The notes beneath the pieces were generated by a model. The model searched no databases, was not told the DNA's origin, and was given only the letters and a program-made list of their open reading frames with translations. A program made the position numbers and the translations under genes. A stretch of DNA of 20,483 nucleotides from positions 1-20,483 of the forward strand of contig JAYZAL010000028.1 in assembly GCA_036339735.1 (NCBI GenBank), given 5' to 3'. Numbering within the stretch: position 1 is the first letter of the stretch; every line of letters starts with the position of its first letter. This document shows, in pieces, positions 8,056 through 17,083 of the stretch. The DNA comes from Candidatus Poribacteria bacterium (GTDB lineage Bacteria > Poribacteria > WGA-4E > UBA9662).

Positions 8056-9327
8056 TTATCTTTCAGGCCTTAGTTTCATCAACCCAAAATTGTGTTGCTT
8101 CATTACACCAACGGTGTCTGAGTCAGTAAAAATAACAAAACCGCCATCATTTGTTAGATTGATGTATTCTGCCGCATTGTTCCCATCGGGGCTACCATAC
8201 AGCCCTTGCCATTTCAAATGGCCCTTTTTATCTGTTCTAATTATATAAGCTAACCATAAGTCGGACGGGCCCAGATTATGGCCAGATTCACTGTATCCGT
8301 ACTCATCCCCCGTCCCTCCTGCAACGACGAACCCGCCATCAGGTAACTCTTTTACTCCATAACTTTCGTCATGAATATAGTTGGCGTTATACCCTCTTGG
8401 CTGACCAAAAGTTTGATGCCATTCTTCTTCAAAATCCTTGTTGACCTTAAGTAGCAAAAAGTCCCAATTAACTACGCCATAGGATAGCGTATGCCCGGCA
8501 AAGATAAATCCGCCATCGACTGTAACTGAAAAATCGAAGACTTGGTCATTCTTTTCTCCACCATAAGTTTTACTGAACTTCTCATTACCTTTTGAGTCGG
8601 TTAGAATTAAACATAACTGCTGATGTTCTTTCGTCGAATTTTCAACCCATACATTAGCACCAATCGCCAAACCATCAACCGTTTGTTCTACTCTAATACC
8701 ATGGGGAGTAGAAGTTAATTCTTTGTCCCAAATTAGGTTGCCGTGTTTATCTGTTTTTAAGACAAATCCTTTTCCGTCATCTGATATAAACTGGTATCCT
8801 ACTTGTTCGCTATCAATAAATCCAGTAGCAATAATACTATCGTCATTCAGTAAGCAAAGGCCTCGAATAGAGCTATTTTGCGACGCAGGAAAGATTCTTT
8901 GCCAAATAATACTTCCATCGAAATCAAATTTCAGCAAACATCTTCTTTGCTGGTTGTCCACATTTGTGGCACCAGCTACGATAAATCCTTTTTCGGCTTC
9001 GAATGAATCTCCAACTTCAATTACAAAAGTCGCATAGTCAGACCGAGATCTATGACCTAAGACTTGTTTCCATTCTAGGTCGCCGACCTCGTTTGTTTTT
9101 ATCGCTAAAATATCAGATCCTGTTGATTCATTGTTAGTCTCACCCACCATTATGTACCCACCATCGCTAGTTTGCATGCCGTAATGGACGTGATCTCCAG
9201 CATCAGTACCATACCCTCTATACCAACCTAATTCTGGGGGTTGATCATTTAAAACTTGATTTGGTTGTGCAGATAAGGAACCTAAGTGAATAACAAAAAA
9301 CACTAGACACACGCGCAAAATGTACAA
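8056..9327 (-). CDS. Secreted beta-propeller repeat protein (W..TYGG...D...QTSDGGYI repeats), function unknown
   Basis: Repeats GYGTDAGD..MQTSDGGYIMVG, KTYGGEKNDQ..VTVDGGFIFAG and LTNDGGFVI. Start moved from 9363 to TTG 9327 because GGAGGT (9339-9334) precedes it, giving signal peptide MYILRVCLVFFVIHLGSLSA. Confidence 0.8.
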   Translation of the reverse strand: MYILRVCLVFFVIHLGSLSAQPNQVLNDQPPELGWYRGYGTDAGDHVHYGMQTSDGGYIMVGETNNESTGSDILAIKTNEVGDLEWKQVLGHRSRSDYATFVIEVGDSFEAEKGFIVAGATNVDNQQRRCLLKFDFDGSIIWQRIFPASQNSSIRGLCLLNDDSIIATGFIDSEQVGYQFISDDGKGFVLKTDKHGNLIWDKELTSTPHGIRVEQTVDGLAIGANVWVENSTKEHQQLCLILTDSKGNEKFSKTYGGEKNDQVFDFSVTVDGGFIFAGHTLSYGVVNWDFLLLKVNKDFEEEWHQTFGQPRGYNANYIHDESYGVKELPDGGFVVAGGTGDEYGYSESGHNLGPSDLWLAYIIRTDKKGHLKWQGLYGSPDGNNAAEYINLTNDGGFVIFTDSDTVGVMKQHNFGLMKLRPER

Positions 9328-9703
9328 AATCAGACCTCCAATCAGAATTAGTACAAAATCCAATTTAAGAACTTATCGAGTGTGGTGGCTAATCAGTTGG
9401 CAAAAACAAAATTTCGAACAGAGCATATTACTTTTCCCGCTTCGTAGTATACAAAGAAATCAACCGAGTCATAAAATCGCTATGTACAGAACCCCCCTAC
9501 TAGTGCGCACCTTCACTGAATAGAACATATCAACTGTCTACATTTTGAAAATCAAAATTGAGTTAATCGAGCAGAGGTTGAAGCAACACGATGATTAATT
9601 AGATTAATAAATCGGACGCATCTCATCATAGGAAATCCCAGTCGTTATACAATTGTCTTGGCGATGCTCTAAAAGCAAAGATTGAGTTCAATTTTTAGAT
9701 TGT

Positions 9704-10570
9704 TTACAAAGTTCCCATGGTTCCTCCTTCATAATCTTGAATAGCTTGGATGATTTCCTCTTTTGTATTCATAACGAAAGGTCCATGAGCTACCATAGGT
9801 TCTTCTATCGGTGTTCCGTTTAATAATAATCCTTTAAAATCTTTTGAAGATCTAAATGTTAGAACCTCACCTGCTTTATCAAAAATTAGAATTGAGTTTT
9901 TGGGGTATTCATTTTTTGATAAAGTTACCTCACCATTTAAAATTAACAGGATGGAATTCGTCCCTGAACTTAAACAAATTGAAATTTCATCTTCAGACTT
10001 GCTAGATAGATCATATAGATTTATCTTTGTAAAAGTTGAGGCTGCTCCATTCTCATTTTCATATTCACCAGATATCAACCTGAGCATAGAATTCTTTCCA
10101 ATTTCTAGAATTGGAATATCCTCACTTTTGATACCTTGGTATTTAGGATTGGTCATTTTATATTTTTGGGGAAGATTTATCCACAATTGCACCATTTCAA
10201 ACATTCCACCCACTTTCGAAAACTCTTTCGAATGAAACTCCTTGTGAATAATCCCTTTTCCTGCAGTCATCCATTGAACATCACCCGGTTTAATAACTCC
10301 ACCACCCCCCGCAGAATCTTGGTGTTCAATTTCGCCTTGATATACAACAGTCACGGTTTCAAAACCTCTATGAGGATGAACATCTACCCCTCTTGGAACG
10401 GAAGTACTCGAAAACCTTCTGGGACTTGCGTAATCAAGTAAGATGAATGGACTGATGAACTCCTTCAATTCTTCAGTAGAACGTAACAACCCTCGAACAT
10501 AAAATCCATTGCCAACCCAGTGCTGATTTGGAACATTATTAGATACTAGAACTTTCTTGTTTTTCTTCAT
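9704..10570 (-). CDS. Pirin family protein (bicupin)
   Basis: HWVGNGF, SPFILLDY, HPHRGFETVT, VQWMTAGKGIIHKE, QLWINLP and GPFVMNT. ATG 10570 preferred over GTG 10579. Confidence 0.95.
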   Translation of the reverse strand: MKKNKKVLVSNNVPNQHWVGNGFYVRGLLRSTEELKEFISPFILLDYASPRRFSSTSVPRGVDVHPHRGFETVTVVYQGEIEHQDSAGGGGVIKPGDVQWMTAGKGIIHKEFHSKEFSKVGGMFEMVQLWINLPQKYKMTNPKYQGIKSEDIPILEIGKNSMLRLISGEYENENGAASTFTKINLYDLSSKSEDEISICLSSGTNSILLILNGEVTLSKNEYPKNSILIFDKAGEVLTFRSSKDFKGLLLNGTPIEEPMVAHGPFVMNTKEEIIQAIQDYEGGTMGTL

Positions 10571-11718
10571 AAAGACCACTACCTTAATGGATGTATTCCT
10601 GCCTCTTGCTCACAAACTTAATAGTGAAATTGCTATTTTTTATTTGGGTATAAGTAGACAAAGAAATTGTACTTTACCACTTTGTTAAAAGCACTTAATG
10701 TCTGTAAACTTCTTAAGAAACGATTCTTTTTCTCTCGATCTCATTTGCCTTTTGATTGAGCAATATTTACTACTTCATGTCAGATTAGCTTTGATCAAGA
10801 TTACACTATTACGTTTATACGGAGCTAGTGGTTAATGATGTTTGTCACAGATAAAATTTCCCTACATCCAAAAAAATCTTGGAAATCTGAAAGTAATTTA
10901 GATTTAGTCTCCTTTTTTATTTGATATGTGGATTCGACTGCAATTTTTCTTCACTATTTCTAATAAATAAATGCAAAGATATGTCTTCATTTGTCTGATA
11001 CTTGTTCGAGTTTATCAACTCAGAACGATGGAACCTTATACCTCTTACTCACTAATTTTGGTCTAACCTCAATCATACATATACCTAATCAATAAATATC
11101 TGTCGAAAATTCGTATTTTCGGTCTTGGTATGTGCACTTAGCTTGCTGTATCTTACTCTAGGCAAACAGAACTATTTCATAATTGAACTCATGGGTTTGA
11201 GCAGATACCATAAACAGTGTACTAAGCAAAAAGTTGAACATCTTTTTTTGAATTCCAATGCAAACATAGTCGTCATCATTGTACTATATCATTGGTCCGT
11301 CTTCTCAAAACTCTAATCGTTTTTAATAAGCTACAATCGAGTGAAACGAGAGAAATTCGACTTCAAGGAAATATTTAAGAAAAATTAAAGGGAAAGCCAA
11401 ATTAGGTAAGTTACCTTGAACTTCTAGTTGTATTTTCTTATTAACTCTATCTGTGTAAACGTTGGGTATTTTTTGCCGAAACAAAATTCTCTGATTGAGT
11501 ACTAGTTAAATCAATTGAGTCAAGGCTTGTGTTCAAAATTAGCCAAACTAAAACTGAGATAGCAACCCCATAAATCTCAGAAAAGTATCATAACAAATTA
11601 CTCCATAAAACTGAGCATCTATCGATTATCTTTTACTTCTAACTTGAATGTACACGATTCAGACGTTTTTTGTTTTTAGACAATTTTTATCGAGCACGTA
11701 AAAATCAAAAGGGAAAAA

Positions 11719-12618
11719 GTGAAAATTTTAATATCTGGTTCCAGTGGATTAGTTGGCTCTAGTTTACTCCCATTTCTCAATGACAATAATCATGAAGTGT
11801 TGCGCTTAGTGAGATTTCAGCCCACTGCAGAAAATGAAATTCAGTGGTTACCTGATCAGAACCAAATTGACCTGAATTCTGCCGGCCAAATTGATGCAGT
11901 TGTCCATTTGGCCGGAGAATCTATTGCAGATCGATGGAATGAAGAGAAAAAAAACAAAATTAGGGAGAGTCGGATAAAAGGAACTAAATTAATATCCGAT
12001 ACGATATCTCAATTAGAACAAAAACCCAAAGTCTTCATTTCGGCCTCAGCTATTGGTTATTATGGAAATCGTGGAAATGAAATCTTAACAGAGGATAGTG
12101 TGCCTGGAGATGACTTTCTGGCTCGCGTTTGTCGTGATTGGGAAACAGCTTGTCTCCCTGTGTCAGATAACGGGATTCGTAGCGTTCAACTTCGTTTCGG
12201 TGTTATTCTAAGTCCTAGCGGTGGAGCTTTAGCGAAAATGTTACCCGTTTTCCGGTTGGGTCAAGGAGGTAAATTAGGCCACGGTCGACAATATATGAGT
12301 TGGGTTAATTTAGAAGATGTGACTAATATTATTGATCACGTTTTAAGAACCGATACACTTCATGGACCGGTCAATGTAGTAGCGCCCAACCCGGTTACAA
12401 ACTCTGAGTTCACAAATACACTAGGGCGAGTTCTAAGGCGCCCAACTATAGTACCGGGTTTCTTAGGCCAGTTAGCCACCTCAGTTTTATTTGGTCAAAT
12501 GTCAGAAGCTTTACTTCTAGCCAGCCAACGAGTCGAGCCTACTCGATTGAATGACAGTGGTTATAATTTTCAGTATCAGACTCTAGAGTCAGCTCTTAGG
12601 CAAATTCTAAGTCGTTAA
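11719..12618 (+). CDS. TIGR01777 family (YfcH-like) NAD-dependent epimerase/oxidoreductase
   Basis: ILISGSSGLVG, DAVVHLAGESI..RW, SASAIGYYG, WE, LRFGVIL, GGAL, GRQYMSWV, GPVNVVAP and SQRVEP. GTG start after AGGGA. Confidence 0.95.
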   Translation: MKILISGSSGLVGSSLLPFLNDNNHEVLRLVRFQPTAENEIQWLPDQNQIDLNSAGQIDAVVHLAGESIADRWNEEKKNKIRESRIKGTKLISDTISQLEQKPKVFISASAIGYYGNRGNEILTEDSVPGDDFLARVCRDWETACLPVSDNGIRSVQLRFGVILSPSGGALAKMLPVFRLGQGGKLGHGRQYMSWVNLEDVTNIIDHVLRTDTLHGPVNVVAPNPVTNSEFTNTLGRVLRRPTIVPGFLGQLATSVLFGQMSEALLLASQRVEPTRLNDSGYNFQYQTLESALRQILSR

Positions 12619-12865
12619 TAATCATTAAACTTGATCGTTTTTTGTAGGAAACTAACTGAATGTATATACAACCCCATTTCATTAATCCCCAAATCACTTG
12701 ATAAACTAAGGAGAAAGGTGACTAGCTTAGTTCTATTCTGACGGTGTGACGATTGCAAACTATTTTTCTTCCACACCTTTGCCCTTTTCGTCTACTCCCA
12801 TTGTTCAAATAAGCATCGGACGCTAGAATGAGATTGATCTGATCTAATGTTTTGGAAATACGATT

Positions 12866-13435
12866 ATGCCGAAGAAATCTGCCAAAAATCAATATAAGAA
12901 ACGAAAAATGAAAAAAGATGAACCTCGATTAAAAGGGAACGAATTAATAACCTATTTGACTATGGCTAATTCTAAGGATCCTAAAGACCGTTTGGAGGCC
13001 ATGGAAAATCTATGTCCTTGTCGATTACGTAAACGGGTTGATGCTGCATGGAACGCGATCTACAAAGGACTTCAAGATAGCGATCTGAGAGTTCGAAAAG
13101 CTGCTTGGCATACACTGGAAGAAAACCATGGAGGTCAGCCAAACTCCCCTAAGCTATATCCCCTAATGTTAGAAATCTCTGAGACTGAATTAGATTCGAA
13201 GTTGAGGGAAAAGGCTAAGTCTATTGTCAGAAGAGCACAATCCGAGACACAAAGTATAAAAGGAAGGAGTAGTGATCTTCTTCTCAAACGAAGTAATTAC
13301 TTTCAAGGTAAATGTGACTGGTGTGGGGATAGATCTATGACCGTCGATTATATCTACAACAATGAGTTTCAGATTGGCACTACGGTTCGTTTAGCACAGG
13401 CCTGTGACCAATGCCGATTGGACCACCGACTCTAG
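12866..13435 (+). CDS. HEAT-repeat-like protein with CPC motif and C-terminal CxxC...CxxC putative zinc finger
   Basis: SKDPKDRLEAMENLCPC and LQDSDLRVRKAAWHTL are HEAT-like. CDWCG and ACDQC occur near the C-terminus, and the N-terminus is Lys-rich. Confidence 0.75.
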   Translation: MPKKSAKNQYKKRKMKKDEPRLKGNELITYLTMANSKDPKDRLEAMENLCPCRLRKRVDAAWNAIYKGLQDSDLRVRKAAWHTLEENHGGQPNSPKLYPLMLEISETELDSKLREKAKSIVRRAQSETQSIKGRSSDLLLKRSNYFQGKCDWCGDRSMTVDYIYNNEFQIGTTVRLAQACDQCRLDHRL

Positions 13436-13459
13436 TCCATAGTCAATAACCAATTCTAT

Positions 13460-15781
13460 TTAAAAGTCAATCTCATACTGTAGACTCAAACTTCTACCGG
13501 CTTCGGGCATAATATCCTTAATCCGCGATAGATGGTTATAATATTCGGCATCGAATATGTTGTTCATGTATAAGGCAAGTCTATGACTCGTTCCTGAAAT
13601 TGTATTTCCAAAATTATAAACACTATGCACATTGACTAAAACGTAAGGGGCGGTTTTGGTTTCGAATATACCCAACCTATTTTGTCCAAAACTCCTTTCA
13701 ATTTGAAATTTAGTCAAAAATCCTTTTGGATTGAACTCGATATTTAATGTTGCTTTTGGCGGTGGGATCAATATTAGCGGTTTATTTGTATCTAAATTGT
13801 GTCCCAAAACGCTTGATAGATTACCACTTATTTCAGCATACTTAGAGGAGTACATAAAATCTGCCTCTAATCCTGTAATGATAGTTTCTGCCCCAAGCAT
13901 CCGGTACTTATAAAGCCACCCAGCCGAACCACTACCCCACTCGATCCAGTCCGCACCAGGTTTGTAGCCATCCCCCATTTTAGAACTTATTAGGAAATTA
14001 GGGCTGTAATTCAGGTAAGAGCTTAATCGAAACCAACCTTTGGACAAAACATATTTTGCATTAGTTTCAATGCCGATGGTCCGTTCTAAACCTAAATTAG
14101 GATTTCCTATTTCGTAGGAATAGGTTCCCAAGTGTGGGCCGTCGGAATACAATTCTTCAATTTGAGGAGCTTTGCCGGTTAGCATGGTCGATATCGATGT
14201 CTCTAAATCTGACCAATTCTTAGAAATCTGGAATGCTGCTGACAGAGAGCTGAAGTATCGCCTAATCACTTCAGAAGATTTCATATTGGATAAACGATGA
14301 GAACCAGCCTTTGGATCAACCATCAAGAATTCAGACCTAAGTGAGGCTTGGGCAGCCCAGTCAAACATTCTTCTTTCATATAAGGAAAATATAGCGAAAT
14401 TAATTTCTCTTGTATCTGGAGTCCAATAAAAACCGCTAGCCATAAATTCACGCAACTGGAGTAGCATTCCGGCTGTAATTTTCGGTCCAGTAAGCTTACT
14501 CTGGAGGGCAAAGATTTTCTGATTCAAGTTGACTGAGGTCTCAGTTCTTTTGGTCACAAATTCAGAATGGTCATAATGAATATAAGATTGGTCAATGTCA
14601 AACTTCTTGAAAATTTTCGACGATAGATACCGGAAGTAGTGGAATCTCTGCTGAGATTTGCCAAGATTTATTGTAACACCAGTAATATGCCCGCTCTTAG
14701 TTCCGGGTATACCGTAGTTCATCCCTAATAAATCGAGCGAAAAATTGCTGCCAGCCCAATCCGAAGAATCCACAATCCCTACTGAAAATTGGTACTTATC
14801 TAATCCTGTATTTTGTAGTAATCCATTTGCTGTTTTCAAATTGTCAGTTTTTCTTCTAAGCGAATGAAAACGAAGTTGTTTTCCGTTAAACGGCGCTTGT
14901 AGAGCAAAACTCCCAAACGCACCATTATTGACTGACTGATACCCACTTTTAAAAGAATATTTACGCTGGCTAGCTTGTTTATATGAATCAGGCCATTTTC
15001 GAATATCAATAACACCGGCAATGGTATTTGAACCGAAGATTAAACTTTTGGGTCCTCTAACTATTTCAATGCTTTCAACACCTACCATGTCATTGGCTAC
15101 AGCATGATCAGCAGAAGTCTGGGATAAATCGCCCAAGGTGATTCCACCTTCTGTAATTTTGAACCGGTCTCCAGAATATCCTCTTAAAACTGGACGTGTG
15201 GCATTAGGTCCCATTGCGCCTTTGGTTATACCAGGTAAATCTGATAAGGAATCAGCTAAATCGGAGTCGATAACTCCATCCTCATTTGGAACCAAATCCA
15301 ATGATGATAGAGAATGATGGGTTTGCATAGAAGCGTCATTAACCAAGATTTCATCTAGTTTGATAATTTCTGATGATAAAGTCACCAAACCAAGATCAGA
15401 TAGCTCTTTATATAGGTGCTTTTTCAAATTTAATTCAGTAAAACCAATCGACGAAATTTTTATATTCACCTCAGATTTTGGAACTCCTAGCAAGATAAAT
15501 CTCCCATCATCCTTTGATTGAGCCTCTATTTCACCTGGACTTACAAATACATTTGCGCCTCTGATAGGTTGTCCTCTTTGAGCATCAATGATCCGTCCTC
15601 TTATTTCCGCCGATTTGATCGATATTGATGACGAAAGGAAACAAATTAAAGAGATCAGTTTATAAAGACTATTCAGCCTTAACTGATATTTTTTGGATTG
15701 TCGGATAATCAGGATATCCCTTTTGTAAGTTACTCTTAGTTTGGTGAAAGTAACTGCAGCCCGTAAATTACGAACAAACAC
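13460..15781 (-). CDS. TonB-dependent receptor, ZnuD-like, with N-terminal carboxypeptidase-regulatory-like domain (start uncertain)
   Basis: IRGRIIDAQRGQPIRGANV; plug LADSLSDLPGI..RPVLRGYSGDR..SADHAV..IEIVRGPKSLIFGS; ELYSDGPHLGTYSYEIGNPNL; NNIFDAEYYNHLSRIK..EAGRS; terminal Phe. Confidence 0.92.
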   Translation of the reverse strand: MFVRNLRAAVTFTKLRVTYKRDILIIRQSKKYQLRLNSLYKLISLICFLSSSISIKSAEIRGRIIDAQRGQPIRGANVFVSPGEIEAQSKDDGRFILLGVPKSEVNIKISSIGFTELNLKKHLYKELSDLGLVTLSSEIIKLDEILVNDASMQTHHSLSSLDLVPNEDGVIDSDLADSLSDLPGITKGAMGPNATRPVLRGYSGDRFKITEGGITLGDLSQTSADHAVANDMVGVESIEIVRGPKSLIFGSNTIAGVIDIRKWPDSYKQASQRKYSFKSGYQSVNNGAFGSFALQAPFNGKQLRFHSLRRKTDNLKTANGLLQNTGLDKYQFSVGIVDSSDWAGSNFSLDLLGMNYGIPGTKSGHITGVTINLGKSQQRFHYFRYLSSKIFKKFDIDQSYIHYDHSEFVTKRTETSVNLNQKIFALQSKLTGPKITAGMLLQLREFMASGFYWTPDTREINFAIFSLYERRMFDWAAQASLRSEFLMVDPKAGSHRLSNMKSSEVIRRYFSSLSAAFQISKNWSDLETSISTMLTGKAPQIEELYSDGPHLGTYSYEIGNPNLGLERTIGIETNAKYVLSKGWFRLSSYLNYSPNFLISSKMGDGYKPGADWIEWGSGSAGWLYKYRMLGAETIITGLEADFMYSSKYAEISGNLSSVLGHNLDTNKPLILIPPPKATLNIEFNPKGFLTKFQIERSFGQNRLGIFETKTAPYVLVNVHSVYNFGNTISGTSHRLALYMNNIFDAEYYNHLSRIKDIMPEAGRSLSLQYEIDF

Positions 15782-16004
15782 CGGATAAAAATAAATATTT
15801 TTTGAAGCCCAAAACTGTCCATAGTTTCGATATTTGTACTGATATATGTTGAAAAAATCTTACATTTGAGAACAGGTAATTTTAGTTAAGAATGAGAAAC
15901 TCCACTTATATGTGTTAGATAAAAAATTGACCCTAAATTTAATTTTTGATTTCTTCAATCGAACATTTTGTCACAATATGCCCCCAGCCAAAGCAAACCA
16001 CATC

Positions 16005-16021
16005 ATGTTACATTATAACAT
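16005..16021 (-). promoter_or_regulatory. Zur-type (Fur family) operator overlapping an extended -10 promoter for the TonB receptor
   Basis: Minus strand ATGTTATAATGTAACAT, a dyad ATGTTA-N5-TAACAT one mismatch from the proteobacterial Zur core ATGTTATAWTATAACAT. It contains TGtTATAAT (16020-16012) pointing at the receptor. Confidence 0.7.
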
Positions 16022-16199
16022 ATCACAATTTAACAAGAAAACCGGATCTAAATTGCGAGCGATCGAGACTAAAATTGGTTACGGGATTACAAATAAACCA
16101 ATTGAGGCATGAGTTCCAAAGGATTTGGAAGTGGAAAGATTATGAGTGAGCGTGAGTTAATAAGGTCGTCGCTAACAAAAATGGTACCTAGTAACAGAA

Positions 16200-17039
16200 T
16201 TATAATTCTGTTACTAGGTCTTTCAGGGATGATACTGCCAAGGATGGTGTATATGGATATTGAGCTAAATCGTGGGGTTGAGTTGAACCACTATAAACCA
16301 ACACAGTACGGTAGCCCATTTGTAGTCCTCCCAGAATATCTGTGTCCATTGTGTCACCTATGACCGTTACCTCTTCCGTTCTCAAATCGAGTTCTTTACG
16401 TGCCATCCTCATCATGATCGGACTAGGTTTACCTAAATTCAAAGCTTTTCGGTTAGAAGCAGTTTCTAGAAAAGCAACTGTCGATCCGCAACCAGGTCGC
16501 ATTCCACCATCAATCGGGCAATTGGGGTCTAAATTGGTAGCAATCAATTTTGCTCCTTCCATAATAAATTTTAACGCTTTTTCCAGTACTTCAAAGTTGA
16601 TTAATCGTCCCTCACCTACAACCACGTAATCAGGATTAGTTTCATTAATAGCATAGCCATTTATATGTAGAGCATTCAATAAACCAGCATCACCAATTGC
16701 ATATGCTGAGCCAGATGGATTTTGCTGGGCAAGAAAACGGGCAGTAGAAATAGCACAGGTAAAAATATGATGTGTTTCAACTTCAATTCCCAGATTAGAT
16801 AATTTCAGAACGACATCACACCGACTGCGCTGGCTGTTATTAGTCACAAATAAAAATGGGATCTGTTTTTCCAACAACTGTTTTATGAAGTAATCAGATC
16901 CAGGGATTAGTTTGTTACCACGATAGATAACTCCATCCATATCGATTAGGTAGCCACGTTTGTTATTGTTAATCGTTGAATCTAGATCCACCCTACCGTG
17001 TATAGAATCAGAATCCTCAAATTTTGCCGAGTTCGTCAT
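16200..17039 (-). CDS. nagD: HAD-superfamily subfamily IIA hydrolase, NagD-like ribonucleotide monophosphatase
   Basis: GYLIDMDGVIY (DxD), FVTNNS, PDYVVVGE, LIATNLD, PGCG, GKPSPIMMR and IGDTMDTDILGG. Confidence 0.93.
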   Translation of the reverse strand: MTNSAKFEDSDSIHGRVDLDSTINNNKRGYLIDMDGVIYRGNKLIPGSDYFIKQLLEKQIPFLFVTNNSQRSRCDVVLKLSNLGIEVETHHIFTCAISTARFLAQQNPSGSAYAIGDAGLLNALHINGYAINETNPDYVVVGEGRLINFEVLEKALKFIMEGAKLIATNLDPNCPIDGGMRPGCGSTVAFLETASNRKALNLGKPSPIMMRMARKELDLRTEEVTVIGDTMDTDILGGLQMGYRTVLVYSGSTQPHDLAQYPYTPSLAVSSLKDLVTEL

Positions 17040-17083
17040 GTTACTAGCCCTTAGAATTAATATTTAGATATGAGATTTAGGTT

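Noticed and set aside
15912..16363. Plus-strand ORFs 15912, 15946 and 16109
   Set aside because: No motifs; they overlap the Zur box/promoter or lie antisense to nagD.
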